DNA of 50,119 bases, filler included, from Streblomastix strix (GCA_008636045.1; 2 parts of 2 records of this genome joined end to end with filler, not necessarily neighbours in it); one strand, 5' to 3'. Counted from the first letter of the whole stretch, positions 32,600 through 48,188 are shown. Translations and numbers: made by a program. Notes: generated by a model not told the origin, from the sequence alone.

Positions 32600-34150
32600 A
32601 TTTGAATGTTTTAAACAATATTTTATGGTTAAATGTTTTTTCTCTAATTATACCATTTAAATTCAGACATTATGTCACTTGTGCTCAATTCTTAAAACCT
32701 GGTGCAAATATTCGATTCAAACTAGCTTCAAGAATAGAATAAAGTCGCTCATTTAAGAGAATTGAGTTTATTAGTCAAACAACTCGATTTTTTCAAACTA
32801 TAATAAATTGTTAGTATAAGCCTATGTACTTCAATTGGTAATTACCTTTGTGGATTTAAACATGATTTACAGGGAGAATTATTAGATTTGCTGTAGATTA
32901 TAAGTGAATGAGGGGCAGAGAATTCGTATAATAACGAATTTTACACCATTTTCAATGATTCTGGACTTTTATCCAAGATTGAAAAACTATTATTATTGAA
33001 TGTTGATGCAAATGAGAAAGAAAACAAAGAAATTATTTATCCTAAATTTACAATTCAATTGGTAAGCACATTCATGTGTATGATGAAGAGGCGGATTTTG
33101 AAATAAGAAATGTTTTAAATTTCAATGAAAGTGTTCATTAGTAATGTTTAATCTATCTCAAAAAGAATTAGAGATAAAGAATAAAAGATTGAACTTCGAT
33201 TATGGTATATATGTTCATTTAATTTATAATTTTTTTCTTTTTCATTCAAATTTCATTTCTAAATCTAACAAACTAATTATGATAGGGATGAATTAGAAAC
33301 GTATACATTACAGCAACTTGATCGTGCTATTAATTTTAATAGAGAGTATTTTATTAAATAGAATAATTTGCATCAGTCAGTTGTAGAACTTTTTTCTAAT
33401 TTACAGAATATTACTAAAACAAACACATAATTTGACCACCTTAAAGAGATTTCTATTGAAATACTTAAAGATGTTGCTGCATGTAGCTAGGAATTTAAGA
33501 ATAATTTAATCTTTAAATATAGCATCTTCAATCATTTTACTTAAATCTTCTCATTATATGCGATAGATAAATCATCTATAGTTTCAAGTTCCACAGTCCT
33601 AAAATCTGTTGAATTTATGTATTCTTTACTCTCATACAGCTATACAAATGTCGAATATGCAGTTTCTATACCTAAATTTATATAATCTTTAATCGAATTA
33701 TTAAAATATTGTTTGAGATATTCTCTATACTATGATTAGGAAAGAATAAAAGAGATTGATGGTTAAGCATTCTGGTGTTTGCATTGGATATATTCATATG
33801 GTGGATTAGATGGAATGAAGTAACTTGTATATAATAATTATTTAGGAGTTCTTGTTAGAAGGATTTCATGTGGAGGGAGTTATACCTTTGAAAGTGATGA
33901 TATACGAGTTACTCTGGAAAATATAAGAGAATTTCTTGTCTTATTGAATTAATATTGCAATTTCCAACCACAGTTACTTGATAATTAAAAAATTTAATAT
34001 TAAATTGAAGAGGAAGGAGGTTTAGAAGAAATAGATAACCTCCTTTTTCACTAATAAAATCCACAAAACGAGATCAAGGAATAAGCGAGTTTGGTAAAGA
34101 ATATAATAATGAATACTTCTGACGATAGTCCATGTTAAGATTCATAGTGA
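32600..34150 (+). CDS. Lineage-specific ARM-like helical family protein; 5' part uncertain and possibly disrupted
   Basis: Last exon (~33286-34150) is open: ...IPKFIQSLIELLKY...AFWCLHWIYSYG...QIEEEGGLEEIDNLLFH...PCQDSQ*. Intron at about 33205-33285. An in-frame TGA near 32909 and no clear start. Confidence 0.6.
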
Positions 34151-34439
34151 ATTATACCAATAAATAGTGGGAACAAATAACATAAACTTTCACTGTTTTC
34201 AATCCAAGTGCAAATATTTTACAAATTTTAACTTTCTAAAAATATTTATTAAATTGCACTCAACAAAATTTTACCAATTTTGCACAAATTAGTTTGCATA
34301 TTACTGAGAATTAAAACCTGCAACTTAATCGCGTTTTTTTCCAAGCTTTTTCTAATAAATTTTGAAAACATCAAATAATTAAATTATAATTGTAATTTTT
34401 TGATCACTTACAAAAGTAATATTACAAATATATATTCAG

Positions 34440-37400
34440 ATGGCCGATTTTTACCTTGTTCTTCCAGAAAATGTTGGAACGACAGAAGCGAATGATAATG
34501 AGAGCTTTGAGTAACAAATAAGCCATGATGAGCAGAGCTTGGAGCTGGAGGAAGAAAGTGGAAGTTTTGTGTTTGGTGAAGACCGATTTAGGCAACTTAT
34601 CGAAAAGCTTAGAACAGAAAACGAACGATTGTAGAATGCAAATAGCTAGTTGGTAAGATCTTAAAAGATTTGTGTAAAAGAGCGTGAAAATGAACTCAAA
34701 AAGATTTATGAAGATGCCCTTAACAAAGAGCGATAAGCTATGTTGAAAGGTCGCCCTATCCATTAGGAAATCCATACATAAACAGATTCTCACTCTAGTG
34801 AATTCACTTCTTCAATATGTACTTAAACAGATAATGATCATCATTCCCGAAATATTGAAGTTCAAACAGTTGTTGATCTATAAATGGTTAAATAGAACAG
34901 TGAACAAACACAAACAGAATAAGATTTGAGAAATACATATACCCGCGAATTTTCAGTTCAAACAGGTAATGATCTAAAAGGTGTATTGGATAAAGTAACA
35001 TAAACTGAGCTTTGTGCTCCATTAAATATTGAAAGGGAATTCGATTCTTCAATCAAACAACGATAGAAACTTGCCGATGAACAATAAAAAGTCCTTTCAG
35101 AAGCAAGAATTCAAGCTGAGATGTTTTTGCAAGATGCAAATGAAGCAAAATTAAGTCTATAACGAGAAAAATAAGAATATCTTGAATAAAGAAGACAACT
35201 TGATGAAGTCAAGATATTCCTTTAGAAGTAAGAAGTGCACAGAAAAGATGAAGAAGAGAAGTTAATGAGAATATAGAATGAACTTGTTGTGAAGAGAGTT
35301 CAATTGGATGAAGTATCAAAAGAATTAGATTTAAGGAGAAACGAACTCGATTAAATAGAAAAAGATATAAGAAATTAGAATAATATTAATAGAGATTAGA
35401 AATCAATGATTAATTCTTCATTTTCACCAAATAGTTAGAATTCAAGCATTGGATAAACTCCAATTACATCTCCAACACTTCATTAATCTAGCAATAATAA
35501 TAAAGGAAAGAAAATTCAATCAAATCTATCTAAAACAATAACATAATAAAATACTCATACAGCTTCTTCTCATTCTGCTTCCATATCATAAAGTGCAAAA
35601 CACAATATTATGCAGAATAATAACACCATCAATACAAACAATAATACTATTGATAAAAATATAAATGTATCATCAATATCAACTCCAGTAATACATTAGA
35701 ATGGAGCTGGTCCTTTACTTCTATAATAGTTATATTAATCTCCATCTCCAATTAGTTTAGAAAAAGAAAATGGAAATGAAACAGATGAAATCAATACAAA
35801 TAATAATAAATATAATATCATTTCTGAATTGAATTAACTCAAATAATAAAATAAAGTCAAAATTGTTCAGATTGAGAAATTAGAAGAAGATCTTAGATTA
35901 GAAAGAGTTAATAAAGAAGCAATTTAGAAGTTTGTGCTTTAAATTAAATTAATAATATAAATATCATATCAATAAATTAACTTATTTTCTTTCTTTGTAT
36001 ATCTATCATATCAAATAGAGAGAATATTCGTCTGAGAAGTGAGATTGTGCATTATTAGAGTAAAGAGGATGTTATTAAAGAGATGGAAAAGATGGATAAG
36101 ATGATGATGAATATGAATATAGATATGAGTAGAAGTAACATTGATACAAAAACAAATATAAAAATAAATGAAGAAAAAAGTATGAAAATTTATTTATTTG
36201 TTTGTTTATTTATTTTCAATCAAAATATCATATTTTTATTTGAATAAGTTTTAGTATATCCAGTTTTTACTTCATATTCTCCATCTCCTTAAACTAAACA
36301 ATCTACACCAAAGTAAAAATCATCTTCCACTTCACCTTCGCTTAATCATTAAGAATAAAACAAGTAATAATAATAATAATTCATTGATCATCATCACCAT
36401 TCTCCTTCTTCACCAACATTCTTTATATAGTCTTAATTAAATGATAATGATTTAAATTGTATATTATAATGATCTTTTATTTTTATATATATAATGTCTT
36501 TCATTATTTATATTTATTTATTATTCTCTTAATTAGTTTCATAATTCACACACACAAGTAATTTATTGAATCAAAGTGCATATATGGATTATTTAGATGC
36601 CTCTTTATTTGGAAATGATTTTGCTACAATATATCCATCATTCAATAATAGTAATAAGAAGAAGAAATTAGATTAAGATTAAAATGTATAAAAAAACAAT
36701 TAAACTAAATCCAGAAGTAGAAGTAGAAGTAAAAGTAAGAGTAGAGATAATAAATTAGATGATCTATTTGATGAAGATGATATTAATGATATATTCAATG
36801 CAAGTATCAATAGTATTCCATCTCTTCATTCTCCATCTCCATATCATTAACATTAACATACCCATACACATATTCATTCATAATCGCATTCCCCTTCTCA
36901 TATATAATAATAATAATAATAATCTCATTCATATTCTAGAACTCAAACACATATACATACACATACACATTCAAAATCTCCTTCATAATCATATCTTCAT
37001 ACATATTCTACTCTCTCCAATTCATACTCATCAATTAATTCATAATCATCAAATATTGATTCTATTGAAGTAGAATATGATGATGATGATGATGATGGAA
37101 ATAACGAATAAAATAATGGAAATTACTAAAATGAAAATAAAAAAAGGAGAGTAAATTAAAACTCACCATCACATACTTTAAATGCAGATTAATAACACAA
37201 TAGATTAATAAAAGCCCATAAACTAGTAAAGAAAATGAAGAAAGAAATATAAAAAGTGAAACAGTAAAGAGAATAAATGATTGAAAAGGCGATTGGATTT
37301 GAAATTGCAAGTGAAAGGTTTATATTATTGAATAATATTTATTTTAGCTATTTTCTTTATTTTTTCTTATTAATTATTCATTCAACTAAGATCTGGAATG

Positions 37401-40400
37401 AAAGGTGAAGATATAAGATCGAAACTAATTAATATAAATATTAATAATGAATAAAATTAGGAAGAATTGAAAATTGCAAAGAAAGAATTACAGAAAATAT
37501 CATAAAAGCAAATTGGAAAGATTACAAATATAAATAAAATAAATGATGAAGAAGATAAAGAGAATGAAATAATAAAATTAAAAGAATAAATGAAGATATT
37601 AAATGAATAAAAATTAAAAATAAATGAAGATAAAAAAGAAAGAGATAATTATTCTGATAAAATGAAGAGGAAAATAATTGAAATGAATAAACAGATTATA
37701 AAATTGAAGAAGAAATTAAAAGAAAGAAGAAGAGAAGGAGATTAAGATGAAGATGATGATGAAGATGAAGATATAAATATAGAAGATGATGATGATGAAG
37801 AATTTGAAAGAAGCGAATCAAAATATAGCAAATATAAACATCCACTCAAACCAATTTAATCAAACTAATAAACTATTTCACCATAGTAATAAAAGTAAGA
37901 TAAATTGAATAAATCTATTTCTCTTTCAATATAATCACCTTAAATTGTTCATCATCCAACACAAGTATCAGTATCTTAATTAAATCAATGTATGGTAGAT
38001 ATTGTTAAATTTATTATTTAAAAATAAATTCTTAATATTATTTCTTTAACATTATCATATTAAAAATCGCAGTAAATGAAAAAGATATAATGAAGAGTTA
38101 GATTGACAGATTGAACGAAGAATTAAGGTTAAAATTTTATTAAATAGTTAAATATATTAATTATTTTTATCCATTCTTATTAATCTCATATATTAACTAT
38201 ATATTAGATAATCTAATTTACGATAAAAACAACTATAAAAAGAATTAGATCATGCAAAATAAGTTCAAGTTGAGATTAGTTCAGCTTGGGAAATAAAATG
38301 TGGTGAAATTGCAGAGAAACTTATTGATTTAGAAAGATAGAATGCAAGTTTAAGTGAGATAAATAGATAAAAAATCAATGATAATAAAATAAAGGGAATT
38401 CTCAGAAATAATTCCCCATCTAATATTAAGAATGAATAAACAGAAAATGAATTAAAGAGAATGAAATAAGAAATCAAAAGAATAGAAGAAGAAAAAGATG
38501 AGTATTAATTTTAATTAAAAGAGAAAGAAAGAGATTTGCAAGAAGAGAAAAGAGAGAAATAGAAAATAAAAGAATAACTGAAATCAATAAAAAGAGGATA
38601 AAGAAGCAGAGAAAGAGATAGTGATATAGAGAGAGAAGAAGAATAAGAGTAAGAAATGGAGTAATTAAGATTGAAAGAGAAAGAAATGAAGAAAGAATTA
38701 GATAGAGAGAAAGAAAAGGGAAGAAAAAGATAGAAAGATCATGAGATAGAATTAGAAGAAGAAAAGAAGAAGAATATGGATAGAGAAATAATAAGAGATA
38801 AAGAAAGGATAAAAGAGAAGGAAATGATGAATAATATGCAAAGATAGATACTACTTCAATAATAATAAATAGATTAGAATCATATTCCTTAATTATTAAA
38901 TAATACAAATCCATTAACTAATAATTCATCAGGATTAAATCCAAATTAGAATAATTCAACTCTTCCTTCTTCCTTATTAGCTTCTACTCTATTTCCATAT
39001 TAATAATCTTCTTCCACTAATTAATCTTCATTATAATATATCCAATAACTTTCATCTTCTCTCTCATAACCAATATCAGAAACATATAGGAATATAATGT
39101 CATGCATTGATATGATTAATGAGTTAATATAAACAATTGATAATGAATAAGAAGAAGAATAATAGGAGGAAGAAGAAAGAAGGATAAAAGAAGAAGAAAA
39201 TGAAGATGATGATGAATTAGAAGGAGATGAAAGAAGAATTAATATGAAAAGATTGAATATGAAAAAAAATGGTTATTAAACAGTTGGAAATGGAAGAATG
39301 AGAGAAAGAAAATAATTGATTGAAATGAAGAAAAAAAGAAGACAATAAGAGTTTGAAATGATGAAAAATAAAATGAATGAATTATCTAATACAATTGGCA
39401 TGAATATAAACTTAAATTCGTTATAAACCCAACAAGATGAAATTTAATTATTTAATTCAATAAAAAAGATTAATATTGGATCAATTGCTGTATCTGATGA
39501 AATTAAGATGTTAAACAATGAGCTAAATTAATTACTGAATAAAATAAGACAGAATAAATAAGAAAGAGATAAAGTTGATAGAAAATAAGAAATGATGAAT
39601 AAGATGATGAAAGAAATTGTAAAGAAGAAAGAAAAAGATATTGAAAGAATGAATGAATTATTAGAAAGAGATGTAGAAGCATAAGAAGATAATAGTAATA
39701 ATAATATAAAGAATAAACAGAATAAATTAAATAAAAGAAAAGATAATAACAAAGATGAAGATTAAGATGAAGATATGAATGAACTTGGAGAAATAAGAGA
39801 ATTATTGGAAGAAATGAAGAATATATAAAAGAATAGTAATAAATAAAAGAGAAAGAATAACAATTATGAAATAGATGAAGATGAAGATGAAGATGAAGAT
39901 GATAAACAGTAGGTAATTAATTAAATAATAGAATAATATAAATCTAAATTGAAAGCTATTTAATCAAAATCAAATAAGAAAATAAATAAACTATAAAACT
40001 AAATATAATAAAATGAAAAGATTATATTTGAATAATAATAAGAAATGGAGTAAATGATTAAGAAAATGAATGAAATAGAAATATTATTATAGAGGTATTA
40101 ATAAAAAAATGAAGAATATATATTAAATATATACTTAATTCAATTATATATATTATTTTATTATGTTATATTCACATAACTCAGGCAAAGGTCAGAATGT
40201 GAATAATTAGAGATATAGAATAAAATAGAGAAGGATAAATCTTCAGAGAAAGATGAGGAAGTATTCAATCTAAATTTTCTTATTAATAAATATTTTTTTT
40301 TCTTTTATAATCTTGTATATTTTCAGTTGGCTAGACTGACATAAACTCTTGCAGCAACAGTCAGTGCTGCTGCTCATTTAAAATAATAAGGTTTATTATT

Positions 40401-43400
40401 ATTTTATAAAAAGTGAATTATTATTGGCTAATAATATTTAACATTTGCATTTTAGATAATAAAATTGAAATTTCAAGTATTTCAAGACTCAATAAAGCTA
40501 GTTCTGGATATGATTAGGTTTGAATTACAAATTATATTAATTTATAATTCTTATGTATTACTCATTTATTAAACTTTTATTAATATTAGTAGAATGAATT
40601 GAATATTCTTCTTTCTTAGTTAAAAGATGCAGAAGAAGAAACTGCAAAGAAAAGAAAGAAAGGTAAAATGAACATAATAATGTTATAATTAATTAAATAA
40701 AAAAGACAATAATAAATATTGTTTCCATTTCTTTTTAATTAAATTTATTTTAATATTCATAGTTGAGAAAATGGAGAAACGAGCAGAAGAAGCAGAGAAA
40801 TAATTACGTTTAGAACAACAGGAGAAACAAGATGGTATTAAAATAATATTCGTTTCAGATATATTTTTAATTAATTAACTTTTATTTTCCTAATCTATTA
40901 TTTATTCAGTTATCAATCAATACCAATCAGATAAAGTTCATTTTAATAAAGAATTATAAGACATTGAATATGAAAAGAAGAAAATAGAAGAATAAATAAA
41001 GAAAGAAAGATAAGAAAGAAAAGAAGATAAAGAAAGAGAAGAGATTAAGAAGATGAAAGAAAGAGAAGAAAGAGAAAGAGAAAGAAGAAGGAATGATGAT
41101 CAGATAAGAGAATTGAGAGAAGATTTAGAAAAGGAAAGAGAATTGAGAGATAAAATTAATGATGGGAAAGATGGAAACTAAGAAGAAATGAAGTTTGTTT
41201 ATAAATCAGTTTTATAATTATTGTAAATATTACTATATTATTATCTTTTATTTATTCATTTATTCTTCTCTTTATCAATAATATAATCTTATAATATTCT
41301 AATACAATATATAATCATTATAAGATATAAAGGATATGAAAGAGAAAGAGAAATAGAATAAAGAAGAAGAGAAAGAGAAAGAGAAAGAGAAAAAGAAAGA
41401 GAAAAAGAAAGAGAGAAAGAAAGAGATAATGAAAAGATAAGAGAAAGAGAAAGAGAGAAAATTAGAGAAAGAGATGAATAAAGAGATAAAGAGAGAGAGA
41501 AGGAGAGAGAAATGATTAGAATGAAGATGATGGTATGATTATATATATATATAAACATATTGATAAATTAGTTATTATTATTATTTTATCTAATATATCA
41601 TATAGGAAATGGAATCTTAATAGAAAAAATTACAGCTATTTGAATTAGAAGTAATAAGATTGAATGAAAAGAATGAAATGATGAAAAGAGAAAATTAAGA
41701 GATGAAGAATCAGATAGAAAAAGAAAGAGAGAATATGAAGATATAAAGAGATAGAGAAAGAGAAAATTAGAGAAGGGATTAAATTGGATCAGGAATCAAT
41801 GATAGAAATTAGTAAATTGAATAAGATAATGATAAGATTAGGTTATAAGAAGGGTTAATGAGATTGGATTTAGAATTGAAATAAGAATAAGAAATGAAAA
41901 GAAGAGAAAGAGATGAATATGAAAAGAAAATTGAGAGTATTATATTGAATGAAAAGGATATGATATATAAATATGAGACAAATAAAGAGAAATAATAATA
42001 AATGTTGATGAAATAAGGTGTTCTATTAAGAAGAAGGGAAGGATAGGTTAGAAGAGCTGTTGAGAAAGCTAAGAGATTATATGGGTAGGGAATGAAATTC
42101 AAGGTTTAGTAATTTTAAACCATTTTTTCTATTATTATTACATAAAATTCTTAATTTATTATTTAGGAAGAAGTTCATAGATTAAAATAAGAAAGATAAA
42201 GGCTTGTAGATGAAATAGATGAGAAAGATGATGAAAATGATAATATAAGAGAATTATTAGATATGAAATAAAAAGAAATTGAGAATGAAAAAGAAATTTT
42301 GAGAGAAAAAGAAAGAATAAGAAATGAAGCTAATTTGAATAAAGATTAAGGAAATGAAATAATAATATAAATGAAATAAAGAATATTTGAAGTTGAATTT
42401 GAAATTAAAAGATATTAAGAAATGTTGAGAAAGAAAGATGAATAAATTGAGAAATTGAAGATTAAATTATAAAAATACAAACTAGAGATTGTATAAATTA
42501 TAAAACAAGAAAAAGAAAATAAAAGTCGAAGCTAGAGTAAAAATAGAAGTAGATCTTTGACCAAAGATATCAATAGTACAAAAGTTATATCCACTAAACA
42601 TTCACATTCAAATTCATAATCACCATCACATTCACACAATCATCACAATCATCCACATCAATCATCATCTTCTTCATCATCATCTTCTTCGTCTTCTTCT
42701 TCTTCATCATCATCTTCTTCATCATCATCATCATCATCAAAATCTTCTTCTTCTCCTTTACTAACTATCACAGCTGCTGAAGCTGCTGATGCTGTTAATA
42801 GAGCTGCTGCAAATATATTATTGAATAGTTAAGAGAAGCAAAATAAAGAAAAAGAAGAAAAAAGAGATATTAAGCGTAATTCATTATCAAAATCATCAAA
42901 TATGCCATTAATGACTATTTCTAATAATGAATCTATTAATATATCACCAAGAACGTATTCATCAAATCCTGCTACAGTAACATCTTCATTATAATCTTAA
43001 TCAACAAATACTTTTAATTTAAACTCTAATTAACTTTCTTCATCATCAAGATCTCAATCTACATCTTAAAATTCTCATATTTAATCACCATAACCATCTC
43101 TTGATTTGATGAAGATGAAGAATGAAAAGAGAGATGGAATTACTATTGCACATTAAATGAGAAATAGGTTGAATGAAGGAATAAGTATAGATTAAGTCAA
43201 TGAAAAAAATGTAAACATGAATAAATAAAAAGATGCAAAATAAAGATATATTAATGAATAAAAAGAAGAAAAATATCAAGAATTAGAATAAGAATCAGAT
43301 AATTATATTAGGATAATTTCACCAAAATATGTTTCAACTCCAATTAATCAAAAATCTAATTATCCAAAAAGAATAACTCCATCCACTTCATCATCTTCTT

Positions 43401-43843
43401 CATCATCATCTTCATCTTATTAATTATCTTCATCAAGGTCATTAATACCATAAAATTCTTCGTCTCCAAATCATAAGAATGAAGATTCAAACTATAAAAG
43501 AGGAATAAATTCACATAAACCTCCAATATCCAATAAGTAAGCATCATCTTCACGTTCTAAAACACATTCACCAAACCACTCTCCATCTCCATCATCTCAT
43601 AGATCATAGTAAAAACTAGTCAGTGATAGGCAATTAATTGAAGAAACGGATTAATAGAAATAATTTATGAGGAAACTTTCTGTACTACCAGAAAAACTTT
43701 TAAAATAAGATTTAAATAAGAAGATGAATAATTCAAATGGGTCATTCTTCTATAATGAAAGTGAAAAATTGCGAGGCAAGGAAAAAGGAAGCAAAGTTTC
43801 ACCAAAAGCTAATGAAAATCACCCAGTTTCAAGACGAAAATGA
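34440..43843 (+). CDS. Very large multi-exon coiled-coil protein (E/K/R/Q-rich, with His- and Ser-rich linkers)
   Basis: ATG at 34440 (MADFYLVLPENVGTTEAND...). Strong purine skew in exons, separated by more than ten T-rich GT-AG introns; ends ENHPVSRRK* (TGA 43841-43843). Could be more than one gene; not all junctions verified. Confidence 0.7.
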
Positions 43844-43936
43844 TTTATTCTAATTAATTAGTAAAATAAATAATCTTAATTGTTTTTGTTTTCTTGAAAT
43901 TTACAGGATGTTTATTTATATTACAAAATATTGCCT

Positions 43937-46900
43937 TCACTTCCTTCTTTTACCCCCATTTTGATATGCTTCCATAGCATTTGTTGGAACAGTAGTAAAT
44001 TGATCGAGTAGAGAATCACGTGCAGATTTTTCTTTTGGTTTCCCTTTCACAATAGGTTGTCTTCTACTTGATGATGATAGTTGAGTATTTGAGAAGCTTC
44101 TGTTGTTTCTTTATATCCTTTATTGATTTGAAGTTGAATCAATGCTCATTATTTCAATCTATTCAGCTGATCTTTATGAATGTAAAGTTGTTTCCATATA
44201 ATCATTTATTTCTTATGTGTGAATACTGGAATTGAGATTTGAATGTGGAGATGAAGGATTGAATCTCGGTTGAGGACGTGAATTGATTTTACTAATTGAA
44301 ACATTCAATTATGGTAAATGTTTAGGTTATTAGAGTAAATACTATTTTGGGGGAGTAGAAAGTAGGATTCTTTAATTTTATTATCCTTGAGTTAATGTAT
44401 TATTATGATAATTAGGAGATTGTGTATGAATTTGTTGTAATTGAGAATTAATTTGAGTTTAAGTTAAAGAAGGAGATTATATTGAAGGTGAAGATTAATA
44501 TGAAGAAAGCATTTAATGTGATGGTGAAGTCAGTGAAGAAGGAAGAGGAGGAAGTAAGGCACCTCGAGATATACGATCATTATCTTTTGCATGAGTTTAT
44601 TCTAATATGTCATTTACATTTCTCTTTTTCTTTTCATTTTAATTATCATATTAAATATCATTTTCATATTCTTATTATTCTTCTATTTTTTAATTTTCAT
44701 CGTTTTTAATTCTTCTTCTATATCCTTTCATCTCATTATATGATTATGAGTTTTTTGATATAAAGTCATCATTTTCATTATTATATTTATTTAATTTATT
44801 ATCTTTCATTTCTTATATTTTTGGTGATTATGATCTAATTTTATTCTTTCTAACTTCATTTATTTTATTATCATAAGATGATTCAATTTTATCTTCATTT
44901 GAAGTTGATGGTGGAGTAGAAATATTTCTTTTGTTATTTGAATTTAATTAATTATGACCTTATCTATTCAATTTATCTATATTTTTACGTTTTTCCTATA
45001 TTAATTTCTAAACAACTTTATCCTGCATACTTTTCTTCTCATTTGAATTACTTCTTTATTCATCTCCATTATTCTATTTTTCATAACATTCCATATTTTC
45101 TTTTTATTTCTCATCAAAATCCCAACAAATCTTCACATTTCTATTTTCATTCATTTAACTCTACTTATCTTTCATTATATTTCTCAATTATTGCATCCTC
45201 CATTCATCTTCTTCATTACGTATCATACTTCCACTTGATGCAGAAGCTGCTGGGTCTTCATCTGTGATAATCATCTTCTTATTCTTCTTCTTATTCTTCT
45301 ATTTTTCTTTATCTCTCATTCATTCTTTCTCTCTTTCAATATCTCTTAATCTCTATTCTTCTATTATTTTTTCTTTCTCTAATTCTAATTCTCTTTATAT
45401 TTAATTTTATCTTTATTTATTATTCTTTCTTTCTTTTCCTTTCTCTTTCTCTTTTTCAACTTCTTCAATCATATCTCTCCATAAGGGTGAATATTCATCG
45501 TATCCTTTCATTTATTCATCTGTATTCCCTTCTCCTTCATATTCTCCAATAAAACACATTAATTCATTCAAATCTTTCTTTCCTTCCAAAAATTTCTTCA
45601 TTTCTTCATCATTTTCATTCTTTCTTCCTCCTTTTCCAATTAAGACACCCAAATCAAATTCATTTCTTATCTTTTCTCTCAATCTCTTCTTCTCTCTTTC
45701 TTTTTCCTCTTCTTTCTTCTTCCTCTTCATTTCTTCTTCTTCTTCTATTCTTCTCTTTCTTTACTTCACTTTTCTTTACCATTCTCCACTTAATGCTTTC
45801 TTCCACCAACTCCCAATTCTTAATGCATTATAATAGTGTCTTATTAATTATATTAAGTATATTTCTCTTTCTTCTTTTTCTTTCTTTATTCTCAATGCTT
45901 TGGCCTCTTCTTCTTTCTTCTTTCTTTCTTCTTCTTCTCTTTTCAATTTTTTCTTTATTATTCTTCGTTATTGTCCATCTTTTAAATCAATCTTCCTTTT
46001 CTCAGAAAGTTAAGTAAGAAATGACTATAAAAGTTAAGAAACAAACTCTTTACTGGTTTATTCAATGGAAAATAATGATTATTATTGAGAATGTTATGAA
46101 GTGAATGAAGAAGAATATTGAAGTGAATTATCGAATGAATTATGTGATGAAAGTGGAAGTTATAATTTATTATTATGCAGAGATTATAAATCTTGATTAT
46201 TCAATTCTATTTTATTGCTCATCATATTTTCGTATTCAACAATATCGTCATTTGAGAATTATTCATCTAATTTTCTTGTTTCTTCTCTAAACTTCTAAAT
46301 CATTTCATCTCTCAGCTTTCTTAAATTTTCATATTCATTAACAATATTTTGAAATGTTTATTATGAAGATTACGATTAAGACTATAAAGCAGGTTATGAA
46401 ATGGATGAAGTGGAAGAAGAAGAAGTGAATTGTGAAGCTGCATAACTTTTTGGTTTTGATGTGGAGTTGATTATTCCTTTGTTAATTTACTTATCAGATC
46501 CCATTAATACTATTTTATTTCCTTTATTCTTTTCAATTTTACTTTCATTCTATTTCTTATTATTCTGCTGTTGTGTATCTTATCCAGTAATACTATTATT
46601 TCCTTATTAATTCTCATTGTCTTTATTTTAACCCAAAAATAAAATAATATTTTATCCAATCAAAGAAAATCTCTATAATTTAGGCATCAGTTATTATTAT
46701 TCATATAAATTAATAACTCTATCTAAATTGAAAATTGATTATTACTGCATAGAGGCAATTGGTGATGTATATGGAAGTGGAACAGACAAAGGTATGAATG
46801 AAACTGAGAATGGATATTATGGAAGAAGAGATGAAAGTGAATTGGAGGATTATTCTGATGAAGCAAAAGATGATTATTATGGTTTTGTGAATATAGATGG

Positions 46901-48188
46901 AGATTATTGATAAGGAGAATTATTTCTTTAATTTTGCTATATAAATTGTGGTTATATTCCTTCTTTTCCTTATGTTACATTCTATTTGGTTATTATCACT
47001 GGTGAATGTCTATTAGCCTTTGATGATGACTTTGGTTGAAGTATTGGATATGATGTTTAAGATTATAATGATGTTTGTTATCCAAATTATGACTATTATT
47101 TCTTCTGTAGCATCAGCGGTTGAGTCTGAAGTGATGAATAGAAACGGACGCGAAGTGGAGATAGTGATTATAAACGAGGAAGGAGTTGATTGAGTGAATT
47201 GGATTGTTGAGATGAATATGAAGGTTGTGATTAAGAATTAGTATATAATTAAGATTAATTTGGATCTGATCTGTTATTTCCAATTTTTTTCATCTTGAAT
47301 ATTATTCTTTCAGTTATTTAGAGTAATTATTATTATTCAATATTAAATGGTTGTTTTATTATATCTTATTCAACAGAAAGAGTTGCTGATATTTCTTCTG
47401 AATAATCTTTAATCCTTTTTCTGAGTTATTATATCATCCCATCATCAATTGTCCTAAGAATTGTATCTCTATCTATAATACGTGACTATTGATCCTCTTT
47501 TAAAAGTAGAGTCCTTTCCTTTTATTCCACTCATCTTTATTTTTCTTCAGCTTCAAGACGTAATCTTTCAACTTCTGCATATTCATCATCTATATCTTTA
47601 CTTATATTCGCACGCATTAAAGCCAATTCTTCAGTTAGAGACATTTTATTCTATTTATGTGAAAGACTTTGTTTTGGTTGAGAATGTATTGTGTTTGGTT
47701 AATTAAATTAATCTTTTTATTCAACGTATTAATCGCATTGTTCATCTTCATCCAATTCATCTTCAATAGTTTACATTTATTATTCTGTGATTTTTTTTGC
47801 TATTTTCTTCATTTCAGCAATTGAAAACTCTGGTTCAGGATCTTCATTTAAATTATTACCGAGTGTGTCAATAATTTATTATTTTGGCTCTATAATAATT
47901 TGCTGATTATCTTATTCTTATATTAAATTATAAAAATTTAATTTAAGTAATTAAAAATGAGCAAATATTAAAAAAATGAGCTAATATTAAAAAAATGTTA
48001 ATACCTTTGAAAGAAAATATATCCAAAAATTCCTTTGTAAATCCATCTTATATATCATTTTCACAAAATTGAATCTCGGATCTTGCTTAGGTAGCGAGCG
48101 AATCAATGAATTTTTCATCTTTGTTATTTTACCCACTATAAATACTCACAAATTCGAAATCGTCATCTACAAGATACTTATGTGCCAT
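43937..48188 (-). CDS. Large low-complexity protein (Q/S/P-rich with central E/K/R-rich helical region)
   Basis: ATG at 48188 (MAHKYLVDDDFEFVSIYSG...), phase-1 intron at about 48004-47918, long second exon ending ...NAMEAYQNGGKRRK* (TGA 43937-43939). Convergent with the previous gene, 93 nt apart. Confidence 0.7.

Noticed and set aside
47956..47998. ~20-bp tandem duplication (aatgagcaaatattaaaaaa)
   Set aside because: Short intronic slippage with no evidence of function.
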